A DNA stretch of 64,000 nucleotides. It comes from a virus. Location of the stretch: the IMG/VR virus record IMGVR_UViG_3300030109_005647, positions 64,001-128,000 of that record, one strand, 5' to 3'. Position numbers and translations under genes: made by a program. The notes beneath the pieces are model-generated. The model made no database searches. It was not told the DNA's origin and saw only the letters and a program-made list of their open reading frames with translations. This document shows positions 8,789 to 18,641 of this stretch, one piece after another (the stretch's first letter is position 1; every line of letters starts with the position of its first letter).

Positions 8789-9871
8789 TTAGTAGTCTAA
8801 TCTAACCCTCAACGTTATTTCGTTTGAAGGAGTCTTCTTAAGAGGCTCTGACAATTTGGCAACAGCTAGAAGCTCATTGTCAGCAGAATAAAGACCTACA
8901 GTTGTAATATACGAAACTGGTTCGGCTTTTGGATTATCATTTTTTACTCTAATCTTGCTAGCAGTTAAGTAAGTCGGATTGGCACTGTAGTTATAATCTT
9001 GCGTGTTGGCACGACAGAAATAAATAGTTGAGTTAAGCTCTGTTGTGTTGTTGAAGTCAAGATTATCATAAGCGTAACGGAAGCCATTAGCTACTGAGTT
9101 TATAGTGGAACCAGTTAATCTGTTGTCTACAGGTCTTTGAGTTCCAGCCAACTCTGCTCCAGTCGGAGCGCGACCATCAGCAACAGTTGGATCACCAAAA
9201 GCGCCGGTAAAGTAAGATGCGGTTATAACAGCAATTCCTGCTTGGTAATAAACGTGTCCAACAACAGTTTCCGATGTTGCATTAAGCTTAAGTAAACCAT
9301 ATTCTCCCGCTGGTGAGTTGACTTTGTAGTCTGTAGCTGCGCCATAATCACCAATTGTGTTTAATTGATCGCGGACGTTAGAATTTCTTGAATCACTTGA
9401 AGTGGCATACAACTTTAATCTAAAAGAGTTTTTCTTAATTTCGTCTTTTGTAAGCAATCGACTAAAGTTTACAAAGAAGCACTCTCGCATTTTTTCTCCA
9501 CCTGCTGCGATATTACCATCCAAATCAAACTCTTGAATTGACCCAGTGGCATCATACCCATAAAGCACTTGAGCATGTTGGTTGTAGATATTGATCTTCT
9601 TAGCATTTTGTGTATTTGACGCTGCAGAAAGTGGACTTTTCGCTGAGTAGCCCGCAGATATATCAAAAATGTGATTTGCAGAGGAGCTTAGATAGGGGTA
9701 GTCAAACACAGCTTCAAACATTCCGTGGGCGAAAGTTTTAATATTAGTTTCACTACCAGCCTCTTTATATGTACCAGAAACAATGGTACCAGTAATTGGA
9801 ATTGCCTCGTGAAGAAGTGTTCTTGTGTTTGCGATATCGCTATTAACTAAAGTTTTAAATGTAGTAGCCAT
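8789..9871 (-). CDS. Virion structural protein with tail-collar/fibre-attachment-like C-terminus
   Basis: C-terminal ITTVGLYSADNELLAVAKLSEPLKK..LRVRLDY; position in the baseplate block. Confidence 0.65.
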   Translation of the reverse strand: MATTFKTLVNSDIANTRTLLHEAIPITGTIVSGTYKEAGSETNIKTFAHGMFEAVFDYPYLSSSANHIFDISAGYSAKSPLSAASNTQNAKKINIYNQHAQVLYGYDATGSIQEFDLDGNIAAGGEKMRECFFVNFSRLLTKDEIKKNSFRLKLYATSSDSRNSNVRDQLNTIGDYGAATDYKVNSPAGEYGLLKLNATSETVVGHVYYQAGIAVITASYFTGAFGDPTVADGRAPTGAELAGTQRPVDNRLTGSTINSVANGFRYAYDNLDFNNTTELNSTIYFCRANTQDYNYSANPTYLTASKIRVKNDNPKAEPVSYITTVGLYSADNELLAVAKLSEPLKKTPSNEITLRVRLDY

Positions 9872-9883
9872 TTATTTTTCCTT

Positions 9884-10828
9884 TTAATCCTGTATCTTGA
9901 GAATTCTAAGCGGTACATCCACCCTGTAACCCGTTGTAACCCCTGTTATTCTAACTGTTGTATCAATAAATAAGAATGTGCTGCCGCCAGAGGCAACACT
10001 AGAACCTAGAGTGTTAAATAAGAAATCAGATGAAACAACATCGGTTGCTGCTTGAAGACCTATTTTGAGTCTGTTGCCGCGTGGACCTTGAATATTGTCA
10101 TCTCTCTCCTGATCTGCAGCAGCGTCTGTATTATCCAAATTGTTCATCGATTTAATGTACTGACCAGTGTTTTGAGTTATATAATATGATGCTATTTGAT
10201 CATCATCAATAAATGATGGGTTTGCAACTGCGCCGTTACCCATAGTGTCATATACTTTTGCGAATCTAGAATCTATTTCAATTAAATATTGAGTCTCTTT
10301 TAGTTCTGGATCTAGTGTCAACGTAGGAGAAACTTGATTTGTATCTAAGCCTTGATCGATTCGAATATGGTGTGCAGTGAGTGGAGTGTTATATCCCTGC
10401 AAAAATCCATTATTTCCAAGCGATACTGCTGATGCATTGGCAGTGTCACTATCAACAACCAGAACATATGTACCAGAATGCATAAACGAAGTTGAAGTAG
10501 CTGTAGGTTTTCCATCTGCTGCTAGTTGATTTATTTTTAGCACAGGCAAATAAAGTAAATTATTGTTTGTTAAACTTATCAATTTAGATTTCATATTCGA
10601 GGTATTGTTTGTAAACGCCTCAAACACCGGTGTTTGTAATATCTCCAAATCATAATATGCTGACCCTGATGGGTGGTTTCCATTATAAGAGGAATAATCA
10701 ATCTCATCATCACCAAATGCAAATTTTGTAATCTTAAATGAACCGTCACCTCTCGCCAAACGTAGACGACCAGTATCGGTTAAAACCGCGTCTAAAATTA
10801 TATCACCTGAATTGTCTAAGAAAGCCAT
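9884..10828 (-). CDS. Putative baseplate/tail structural protein
   Basis: N-terminal DAVLTDTGRLRLARG..FKITKFAFGDDEIDY (LTxxG...F.xGD pattern of fibre/baseplate N-domains); AGGAG RBS. Confidence 0.6.
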   Translation of the reverse strand: MAFLDNSGDIILDAVLTDTGRLRLARGDGSFKITKFAFGDDEIDYSSYNGNHPSGSAYYDLEILQTPVFEAFTNNTSNMKSKLISLTNNNLLYLPVLKINQLAADGKPTATSTSFMHSGTYVLVVDSDTANASAVSLGNNGFLQGYNTPLTAHHIRIDQGLDTNQVSPTLTLDPELKETQYLIEIDSRFAKVYDTMGNGAVANPSFIDDDQIASYYITQNTGQYIKSMNNLDNTDAAADQERDDNIQGPRGNRLKIGLQAATDVVSSDFLFNTLGSSVASGGSTFLFIDTTVRITGVTTGYRVDVPLRILKIQD

Positions 10829-10847
10829 ACGTGTTCTCCTCTTTAAC

Positions 10848-10855
10848 TAAATAGT
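10848..10855 (-). promoter_or_regulatory. Candidate phage promoter ACTATTTA
   Basis: Intergenic; ends 20 nt before the 10828 start. Same motif and spacing at 32236. Confidence 0.5.
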
Positions 10856-10856
10856 A

Positions 10857-13800
10857 TTATAGATCATTTATGATGTTTTTTGGTGTTTTGACTGTAAAAT
10901 TAATATCTATTTTCTTGCCTGTTTGCTTTGATGTAATTCTTAATTTATATTTTTTACCAAAAACTGTATTTCCACTTGGATCGCCTAGTTCAACCTTTGT
11001 AGAAATAAAATTGCCGGTGCCAGTGCCGGTTTCTTGATTTATCTCAAGATTGTCGTAACGCACTGTGTTTTGTAATTGGCTTGGTTGTATTAGTAAATAC
11101 TTTTCAAAATTCTTAAATGAAGAAAATTTTTCATTATTTTGTTTTTTAATCGTATCTTCTATATCATACACCTCTATTTTTGTATACGGCGCCACTCCTA
11201 TGTTTTGCACAATTTTAATTTTATATATTGAAGAAGGATTAGAAAGTTTATCATGAATGTCTCTAAATCTAAAAGTATAATAGTAATCTACATTTGGAAT
11301 AATTGTATCTTGTAGGCTGGTATTTCCTTGCTCTAAAATATAAGATGTAAGACTGACATCTGTTTGAAAATCCGAGTATGAAGCAGGGGCGTTTAAAACC
11401 CTGTATACCTCATAACTACCGATAGAGTCATCAGACTTAAAGGTTATTTTTTTACCATACTCTACATCTTGCGTTATAGAGGCTAATTTAAAAACCTCTT
11501 CATCGTTTGCAAATATAGGTTTTGGTATTTGTTGCAATTCACCTGTTGACAGCCCAAACAAAAACAATATTTTATCGTTAACATTTCTGTAAGGTATCGC
11601 ATTAACCTGTGGTGGTAACGGTGGCGAATCCTCCACACGAGTGTAATTTAACTCGTCAGTCTCAATATTGACCTCTTTCGTGTTGTAATATGGCACCCTT
11701 ACAAATTGCATGTAAGGTGCTACTTGATATCTTAATCTAAAATGTTTTTTAGACTCATCAGATGCAACATAAGGTGGCACAAAGTTAAGTAAAGTAACAG
11801 CTTTGTTTTCTTCAGGGGTGTCTTTTATCATTTTATACTCTGTCCCAACAACAACCTTGTGAGCAAAGATTTTATAAAAATAATTTTTATATGGTATTAT
11901 TTGTGTATCGTAATAAGAAGTATTTTCTTTTTCGGTTATTGGCAAAAATATGCTTTGTAGATACCGCTCAACGCCGTCAGAGTCAATCTTATACTTGGCT
12001 ATTTCATACATTAAAGTTTCTTGATGAGCTAGCTTACCAGTATTTATATCGTATGGTGATCTTAAAAGCTTTTCTTCAAGTAATAATTCTTCTAGTTGCT
12101 TGTTGTAGACTTCTATTTTCAACTTTTGTATTAGATCTGCCAGTTCGCCTTCTATGTTCATATTGTCATCAGCGTCTTTATACACAAATAGATTCTTTGA
12201 AGTGTTTGAAAATTTAAAAGCCATTGTGTCAAGAAACACATCGGAATCATATGATGGTGTTATGGGCATCAAATCAGGATTAATATTAGCCTGTGGAAGA
12301 AACTGGTCTCTAAAATAGAGCTTGAAGGTTGGAAGATTAACTCCTGAATAGATATTATAATTTGTAGTATCTACACCATTTATTAAAGCGCCATAAAACT
12401 TAGCAAATGTTTTTTGACTATCCTCTGTTACGTTGTTCTCTGAGGTTATGTTTGGAATGGTGACGGATGCTGCGTATGTGTTAACTCCATCCAATAGGTT
12501 ATTTTTTGAAAATAATTTGGCAATTGGTCCTTTAGTTTCATTTGGTATATTGATCTTGACTAGATAAGGAAAAATATTATTTTTATCTAGAGCCTGATTA
12601 AAGATGTCAATTGATTTTTCAGAAAAATATATGCCAGTTTTCATTTGTTGTATCCATCTAGGAACAGTTTGGCTTTTATCGTTTATAAGTTGCAAAGGAA
12701 AATTTTGTTTATCATTTTCCAAAAGAAGCATAAAGTTTTGTTTTGATACATCATTTACATTAGCAGCCTCATTTTTAGGAGCAAGCTGTCCCAGTGTATC
12801 ATCAGTTGGGGATATAGTTTTGGCACCGATTAAGCCATCGTCAGTGACAAAATATTTTTCTTTTACACTTTGAATTGTCTCTATTGGGGAGTCTTCTATC
12901 AAATACTTCTCATACAACTGAGAGTAGTTATCTAGATAATCATTTAAATTAGATAACGTAATGTCCTCAATATCAAAGCTTGGTAAGCCTAAAAAAGTTC
13001 TTATTGACTCTTTTTGAGTCTCTAAAAATAAAAAGTCATATATACTTGGTAAAGATTTTTCATCTACAATAAAGTTTTCTATAATTCCTATCGATACCGG
13101 TTCATACTGCGGATCATAGTAGTTATAAATTTTATCATAAGTTGGCTGCACGGCTGTCTTAACACCTAAAGATTTATTATTTATATTCTCTTTAAGATCC
13201 GTCTTAAAATCATAAGGCACGCCATATTTTGTTGCAGCATTAAATTGCACACCTTGACCATCTAAGGTTTGTAAATTATCAAAGTAAGGTTGAAATATTT
13301 TAGAATTTACTGTAGCTTCAAACGTTTCATCGTTAGCTAATCCAATAGCAGTGTTAAATAAAGGCAGAACTTGATTAAAATCAGCAGTAACATAATCTTT
13401 ACTTGTGTATACAAACTTGCTATTTGTTTTTTTTAAGTCATAATCTAAATCAAACTTCTTTTGCGCATCTACGCTTGTCGGCATAATTTTTTTAAAAAAC
13501 ACATTTAGGCTATATGTCGTGTTGTCGGGAATATTTAATCTGTATTCACCAGTAACTTTTATATTTCTATATTCTATCGTTTTATTATCAAAAACAAATA
13601 TGTTTCTTTGTCTTGGATCGTCACCAGGATCGTTACTAGATACTTTTAAATCAATGTCTAGTTTATTTATATTTGCAGAAGAGTTCTCTACAAACCCATT
13701 TTCTGTCTCAGTTCTTTCAATTGATTGTAGAGAAGATGGAAAGTCAAAAGAATCTGGTCCAAAAACTTGATATTTTACTTGATTTGGCGCTACTAATTCT

Positions 13801-13946
13801 ATTAGTGCCGATACCGCTGTGACATTTTTGAAATCCTCACCCAATACAGCATCTACATCATCTAGACTTGCTGCGGCGGTGGCTCGAATACTGTTTGGAT
13901 TATCAAAAAGATAAATATAGTTTGTGTAGTTGGCACTAGTAAACAC
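10857..13946 (-). CDS. Large structural protein with fibronectin-III-like C-terminal domains
   Basis: ~1030 aa; PPLPPQV, YEVYR, DTIIPNVDYYYTFRFRD..SNPS FN3-like patterns. Start moved to GTG 13946, 8 nt after GGAGG. Confidence 0.6.
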   Translation of the reverse strand: MFTSANYTNYIYLFDNPNSIRATAAASLDDVDAVLGEDFKNVTAVSALIELVAPNQVKYQVFGPDSFDFPSSLQSIERTETENGFVENSSANINKLDIDLKVSSNDPGDDPRQRNIFVFDNKTIEYRNIKVTGEYRLNIPDNTTYSLNVFFKKIMPTSVDAQKKFDLDYDLKKTNSKFVYTSKDYVTADFNQVLPLFNTAIGLANDETFEATVNSKIFQPYFDNLQTLDGQGVQFNAATKYGVPYDFKTDLKENINNKSLGVKTAVQPTYDKIYNYYDPQYEPVSIGIIENFIVDEKSLPSIYDFLFLETQKESIRTFLGLPSFDIEDITLSNLNDYLDNYSQLYEKYLIEDSPIETIQSVKEKYFVTDDGLIGAKTISPTDDTLGQLAPKNEAANVNDVSKQNFMLLLENDKQNFPLQLINDKSQTVPRWIQQMKTGIYFSEKSIDIFNQALDKNNIFPYLVKINIPNETKGPIAKLFSKNNLLDGVNTYAASVTIPNITSENNVTEDSQKTFAKFYGALINGVDTTNYNIYSGVNLPTFKLYFRDQFLPQANINPDLMPITPSYDSDVFLDTMAFKFSNTSKNLFVYKDADDNMNIEGELADLIQKLKIEVYNKQLEELLLEEKLLRSPYDINTGKLAHQETLMYEIAKYKIDSDGVERYLQSIFLPITEKENTSYYDTQIIPYKNYFYKIFAHKVVVGTEYKMIKDTPEENKAVTLLNFVPPYVASDESKKHFRLRYQVAPYMQFVRVPYYNTKEVNIETDELNYTRVEDSPPLPPQVNAIPYRNVNDKILFLFGLSTGELQQIPKPIFANDEEVFKLASITQDVEYGKKITFKSDDSIGSYEVYRVLNAPASYSDFQTDVSLTSYILEQGNTSLQDTIIPNVDYYYTFRFRDIHDKLSNPSSIYKIKIVQNIGVAPYTKIEVYDIEDTIKKQNNEKFSSFKNFEKYLLIQPSQLQNTVRYDNLEINQETGTGTGNFISTKVELGDPSGNTVFGKKYKLRITSKQTGKKIDINFTVKTPKNIINDL

Positions 13947-14157
13947 TACTACCACCTCCCGTAAGGTTTTGTGGCACGAGTGGAGTAATCTCATTTACAC
14001 TTAGAGATTCGGCGCTTTGAGGATCCTGAAGTTCACTTGGAAGAGGCTGGTTTTGTTGGTTTTGATCTGTCACCTGAACACCAGAAAAGGTATTAGAGGT
14101 TACGTTTTTTAAGTCTTGTAATATCATATTAAAAGAAGTGTTTACAAAATCTTCCAT
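13936..14157 (-). CDS. Small hypothetical protein (Q/P-rich)
   Basis: 73 aa; fills the gap with TAATG coupling to the upstream gene. Confidence 0.5.
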   Translation of the reverse strand: MEDFVNTSFNMILQDLKNVTSNTFSGVQVTDQNQQNQPLPSELQDPQSAESLSVNEITPLVPQNLTGGGSSVY

Positions 14158-17100
14158 TATGTCCCGCCTCCTGGTAGCAATCCAGGTAACGGACCACCTG
14201 GAGCTTGTAAATTAGATGGATCTTGAGCGATTACTTGCACTGGTCCGGTATTTAATTGTGTTTGACCTATGGCTTGTCCTGGGGTTATCACATTGTCTCC
14301 TGTGTCTGTAGACTGTTGGCTCAATATAAAGTAATTATTAACCAAAGGAAGATTTGCTTCGTTCACTAATTTCTTATTTATGTAATATGAATAGTTATAT
14401 CTTACCAACCTACAAAGTGTTTTTTTAACAGAAGAAGTTGGGTCTGACAAGCTATCTAAGAGTTCTTTGTTTACAACCTTCCACACTGGCTTGTTTACAT
14501 TTCTTCTAGTTATTGTTTTCTGCGGTCCCTGTTCATAAGGATTGGACTTATCTTTTAAGTATACGGTTTCGTTTGACTCTTCAAAACCACTTAGATACTC
14601 TACTCTAACTATGTTTTGATGCTTAAACCAGAAAAATGAAAGCAATAGAGGGTTGATCACGCCATTTCTAATATAGTTTTGATCAGTAGCGGAGTAATCT
14701 CTAAATGGTCCTATGTTATCAGTGGTAGTTGCCAAGCTTAAAACCTGTAATGGTGGCAGAGTTGGTAGACCGCCGATAGAGTGAACAAAAAAGAAAGTTA
14801 AATTGCCAAAAATTCCTGATGGGTAGGGTAGAAAATCTTCTTTAGACATGTTCAATTTGAAAGATCCTGCTTCAGAAAACAACTTTCTATTTACAAAAGA
14901 TGATATTAAAAAATTGTCGGCTGCAGTGAAAATCTGTAAATCTGGCTTTGGTAAAAAAGTATTTCCTATCAAATTTTGTATGCCGGGTGATATTAAACTC
15001 TGGATGCCCTCATTTTCAGAACTGCTCTCTTGGTTGGTATCTTCTTCTACTAGACCGTTACTATCTGATAGATTGATCTTTGTGAGATTGACAATATCAA
15101 AACCAGATTTCTTAAGAAAAGACAAGTTATCCTTCTGCAGAGATAGGTTTTGCTTTTTTTGAGCCGATCCGACCTGTTCTGGGTTGATTGAGTTTTCGAT
15201 ATTAACGTCACTCTTAAATTTTAAAATATTTGTAAAAACACGTTGAGCAATTGTTTCAACTGGTGTTGAATTATTGAAAAATGAATAATCCAAAACAGTT
15301 GTGGGAAGCATAACACAAGACTTGATAAACTTTATTGGTAAATTTAAGTATGAATAAACTGATGTTTCTGGTATAGCCGTAGATAGTCCTTTCGACGTAA
15401 ACGCCTCTTTCAAAGATTCTGATGTGGTATTTCCATCAGTAGCAGACTTTGGAATTATTTTTGAAAATAAAAATAAACAAGAGTTTTTATAATCATCAAC
15501 AAGAACCTCTGTAAAATTAAAGGTTCTTCTTCCCGAGACCCCCTCTAGTGTAAGAGTGCTGTCTTGAAAGTTTTTATCTAGATATCCGAGAAAATCATAG
15601 CCATGATCAGTAGCAATAAATTTGTTATTATCTTTACTACTAACTTGTATAATTTTAGTGCCTAAAGAAGCTTCTATGTTGCCTTGCTGTTTTAATTGAC
15701 CGTAAAATTGTGGATTTGTAGATTTTGCCGGTTTAGATCCAAAGCTGCTAAGAGTTTGTAACAACTTGGACTTTAAATCGGTCAAGAAATCCTCCAACAA
15801 AAGTAAATCAGTTAATGTCGCAGTGTATAGGTTTGATAACTTTAAAAAGTAATTAACAAAATCAATGACAGATACATCTGGAGAATAAAAGAAAGTAAAC
15901 ACACTAAAGTCTGGAGATGCAAAATAATCGTAAACATCCTTTATGACTGTGTAGCTATCTGCTAGTTCCGTAACGGGAACTTGATCGTAGGGTGATTGAT
16001 TATTTACAATTTTTTGGATAGTTAAACTTTTTAACTTCTCGGTTGTGATATCAAATCCGCTTTTTTTATCGTTAGAGGCAAAACTGACCAATCTACTGAC
16101 TGATTCAATGGCTGGAGTGAGACCAAGTACTAATTCTCTAACATAATTAATTGTTGGATCTTTATATTCAACTTCTATTCTATACTTATTCTCACTTCCA
16201 ACAAGCGCTGGAGTAAAATGTTTAAATGAAAAATATTCTAGTCCAGTCGTGCTTTCTGTTTCTGGTAAATCAAAGTTGTTTTTATTTATTACTATCTTCT
16301 CTTTGTTAGACATGTAGCCAGCTTGATTTTGATTTTTACCTTTTACATCAAAGCTTATAAAAGTTTCGTTTTGAGTTATCTGACCAAGCAGTTCATCTTT
16401 TTCATAAATTAAAAGCTTTTCTAGCGTCGTTAGCTGCATCATATTATTTAAGAACGATTTATATCCAGATTGTGTAAGTGACTGTTTTGCATTATCAAAA
16501 AGAAAAGGATAAGCGGTTAAGTTTTTTATAATTTCTAATTTATCTACAACAAATGCGCCTTGTATGTTGGCTTGTTTGTCTTGCGATAAATAGATATCAC
16601 TAATATAGGTTTTATTTTTTGTTTCGGAAAAATCTAAAATGTTTTTGCTAGCTTGAAACCTAGCCGTTAAAGAATTTAACGTTTCAAAAGATTTTGTTAT
16701 GTTTACAATATTTCTTTTAACTTTGTCTTTGACGCGATTGTCGATGTATTTCGTCATCGCAACAATTTTATAATCTAAAGAAGGGTGTGGTTCATTAGGA
16801 GTATGTTCTGCCCCGACCATAAAAGACTTTGATTCTTCGTGATAATGAACTGGACCAGCCCACACATCACCAGCTTTACCAAACTTTCCTGTAAATTGAT
16901 TAACTTTATCTGGTGGATACTGTGCTAAAGTAAATACTAAACCTTCATTTTGTAAAGACTTATCTAGAATTACTATTTCTCTAGATGGATCTGCTATAAA
17001 GACATCATTAATACTTTCGTGCTGTATAGCGGTCACAATTATGTAAGCTAAAAACTCCGTGCCTGCTGAGAAATCAAACTCTACTTCTGATATTAATTCT

Positions 17101-17570
17101 GATAATATTGTGCCATCATCTAGAGTTTCCTCTGGTAATTCTATAACATTTCCACTACTTTTAAAGTTTCCATCCCCAATAAGATTTAAAATCTTTGTTT
17201 GTATATGCGGGTTTAAGCCTGTGTTGTCGGTTGTTAGCTCTACTTTTGTAGCAGTGCTTACCAAGCTATTATAAAACTCTTTATCTGTTATCTGATGGAC
17301 ATACGTTTTTACAAATTGTGATAATTCTGAGTCTAGTAATAGTGCCAACTCTGATTGAATATTATAATTTTTTAATATTTTTGCTGATAAAACTAACCTA
17401 CTTGTTGATGAGTCGCCAGGGGTTAAAACGGTTTGAGACGAATTATCATAGTAACCAGGATTGTTGCTTTTAGACTTCACAACCTTCTGTTTATAATTTG
17501 AATCTAATGTTATCTTTTTAACATAAGTTTTTGGCAATAATTCCTGTGATAAGCTGTTTAATGATATCAT
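14157..17570 (-). CDS. Large hypothetical protein, likely virion/baseplate
   Basis: ~1137 aa in the structural block; His-rich motif GPVHYH..MVGAEH..PH; Pro/Gly C-tail. Start at ATG 17570 (TAATG). Confidence 0.6.
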   Translation of the reverse strand: MISLNSLSQELLPKTYVKKITLDSNYKQKVVKSKSNNPGYYDNSSQTVLTPGDSSTSRLVLSAKILKNYNIQSELALLLDSELSQFVKTYVHQITDKEFYNSLVSTATKVELTTDNTGLNPHIQTKILNLIGDGNFKSSGNVIELPEETLDDGTILSELISEVEFDFSAGTEFLAYIIVTAIQHESINDVFIADPSREIVILDKSLQNEGLVFTLAQYPPDKVNQFTGKFGKAGDVWAGPVHYHEESKSFMVGAEHTPNEPHPSLDYKIVAMTKYIDNRVKDKVKRNIVNITKSFETLNSLTARFQASKNILDFSETKNKTYISDIYLSQDKQANIQGAFVVDKLEIIKNLTAYPFLFDNAKQSLTQSGYKSFLNNMMQLTTLEKLLIYEKDELLGQITQNETFISFDVKGKNQNQAGYMSNKEKIVINKNNFDLPETESTTGLEYFSFKHFTPALVGSENKYRIEVEYKDPTINYVRELVLGLTPAIESVSRLVSFASNDKKSGFDITTEKLKSLTIQKIVNNQSPYDQVPVTELADSYTVIKDVYDYFASPDFSVFTFFYSPDVSVIDFVNYFLKLSNLYTATLTDLLLLEDFLTDLKSKLLQTLSSFGSKPAKSTNPQFYGQLKQQGNIEASLGTKIIQVSSKDNNKFIATDHGYDFLGYLDKNFQDSTLTLEGVSGRRTFNFTEVLVDDYKNSCLFLFSKIIPKSATDGNTTSESLKEAFTSKGLSTAIPETSVYSYLNLPIKFIKSCVMLPTTVLDYSFFNNSTPVETIAQRVFTNILKFKSDVNIENSINPEQVGSAQKKQNLSLQKDNLSFLKKSGFDIVNLTKINLSDSNGLVEEDTNQESSSENEGIQSLISPGIQNLIGNTFLPKPDLQIFTAADNFLISSFVNRKLFSEAGSFKLNMSKEDFLPYPSGIFGNLTFFFVHSIGGLPTLPPLQVLSLATTTDNIGPFRDYSATDQNYIRNGVINPLLLSFFWFKHQNIVRVEYLSGFEESNETVYLKDKSNPYEQGPQKTITRRNVNKPVWKVVNKELLDSLSDPTSSVKKTLCRLVRYNYSYYINKKLVNEANLPLVNNYFILSQQSTDTGDNVITPGQAIGQTQLNTGPVQVIAQDPSNLQAPGGPLPGLLPGGGT

Positions 17571-18631
17571 TAGTCGCAAACGTCCCTTGTGTCATCTTCA
17601 TCTGCATAGACATTTTCTATCTCTACAGAGTTATTTAGATCCTCACAGTTAAATATTTTAGTATTGTATATTTGTTCTGTTTTATCGCTAGAGATAATCG
17701 GACATATAATCGATTCGTCTATTTCAGAGTCGACCAAGAAATCAAATAAATAATCAACAGTCTGAGTGTCTATTTTTTCGTCCAAGTTGTCACTAAACAA
17801 ATCCTCTTTACTTTTGTAAAAATCTATTGGTGATAATACTTCCTCTATCGAAGCTTGACCATTTTTGCCAATAGTTTCCACATCGGTTACTTCAAACATC
17901 TCAACTTCAAAGTTTTCCTTACCATAAAATATATTGGACTCTTCTAGTCTAATGATTAAAGCGTCTTTAAATGTTTTTATAGTATCACCATTATTAAAAT
18001 CTAGACCATCCAAGAAAAAAGGATCAGTAGCTTGATTAACCTGTTCTGGATATATTTTATTATATTTGTTGTTGTTTCTTACAATCTCATATTCAATGTT
18101 ACTATCTAGTTGCGGGATGTTTAAAAACTTTTCTCCCTTAGAACTGCTAATACTAGTATAATTTACTGAAGCTGATAGTGGTGCCTTTAAAAAAGCGGCA
18201 TTCCATGCTGGAGCGTATCCGGCTGACGGATCATAAACAGCCAAAGGCTGTTGTAGTACCTCTGTTTGTTCTGGTCCATCTTGTAAAATTAAATCCCCTC
18301 TTTCTACTGGCGCCTCGAATATACTATTTTCTGTTAAGAATTCAGCGCCTATAATAAGGTCATTAACAATGTTTGGATTCTTATTAAAGATTGCAATATC
18401 TCTACCAGAATAAACAGGTTGTGCTGTCATTCTAGGAGTGTTCTCTTGAATTCTAGGTTCGATTTCACTTTGAGTTTCAGTTGTTACTCCTGCGAAAGCA
18501 TTATCATAAATAATGTCGTCATCAAAAAAGGCATAATAAACAGGCTTTAACTTACCTACGGCAAGCAAATATTTACCGTAAGATGTGAGTTCTAAATTTA
18601 TTACTTGTTCTTTTGGATCTAAATAACTCAA
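17570..18631 (-). CDS. Putative baseplate/tail structural protein (N-terminal paralogue of 9884..10828)
   Basis: LELTSYGKYLLAVG..YYAFFDDDIIYD; TTG start 7 nt after AGGAG. Confidence 0.6.
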   Translation of the reverse strand: MSYLDPKEQVINLELTSYGKYLLAVGKLKPVYYAFFDDDIIYDNAFAGVTTETQSEIEPRIQENTPRMTAQPVYSGRDIAIFNKNPNIVNDLIIGAEFLTENSIFEAPVERGDLILQDGPEQTEVLQQPLAVYDPSAGYAPAWNAAFLKAPLSASVNYTSISSSKGEKFLNIPQLDSNIEYEIVRNNNKYNKIYPEQVNQATDPFFLDGLDFNNGDTIKTFKDALIIRLEESNIFYGKENFEVEMFEVTDVETIGKNGQASIEEVLSPIDFYKSKEDLFSDNLDEKIDTQTVDYLFDFLVDSEIDESIICPIISSDKTEQIYNTKIFNCEDLNNSVEIENVYADEDDTRDVCD

Positions 18632-18641
18632 TTAATAACTC

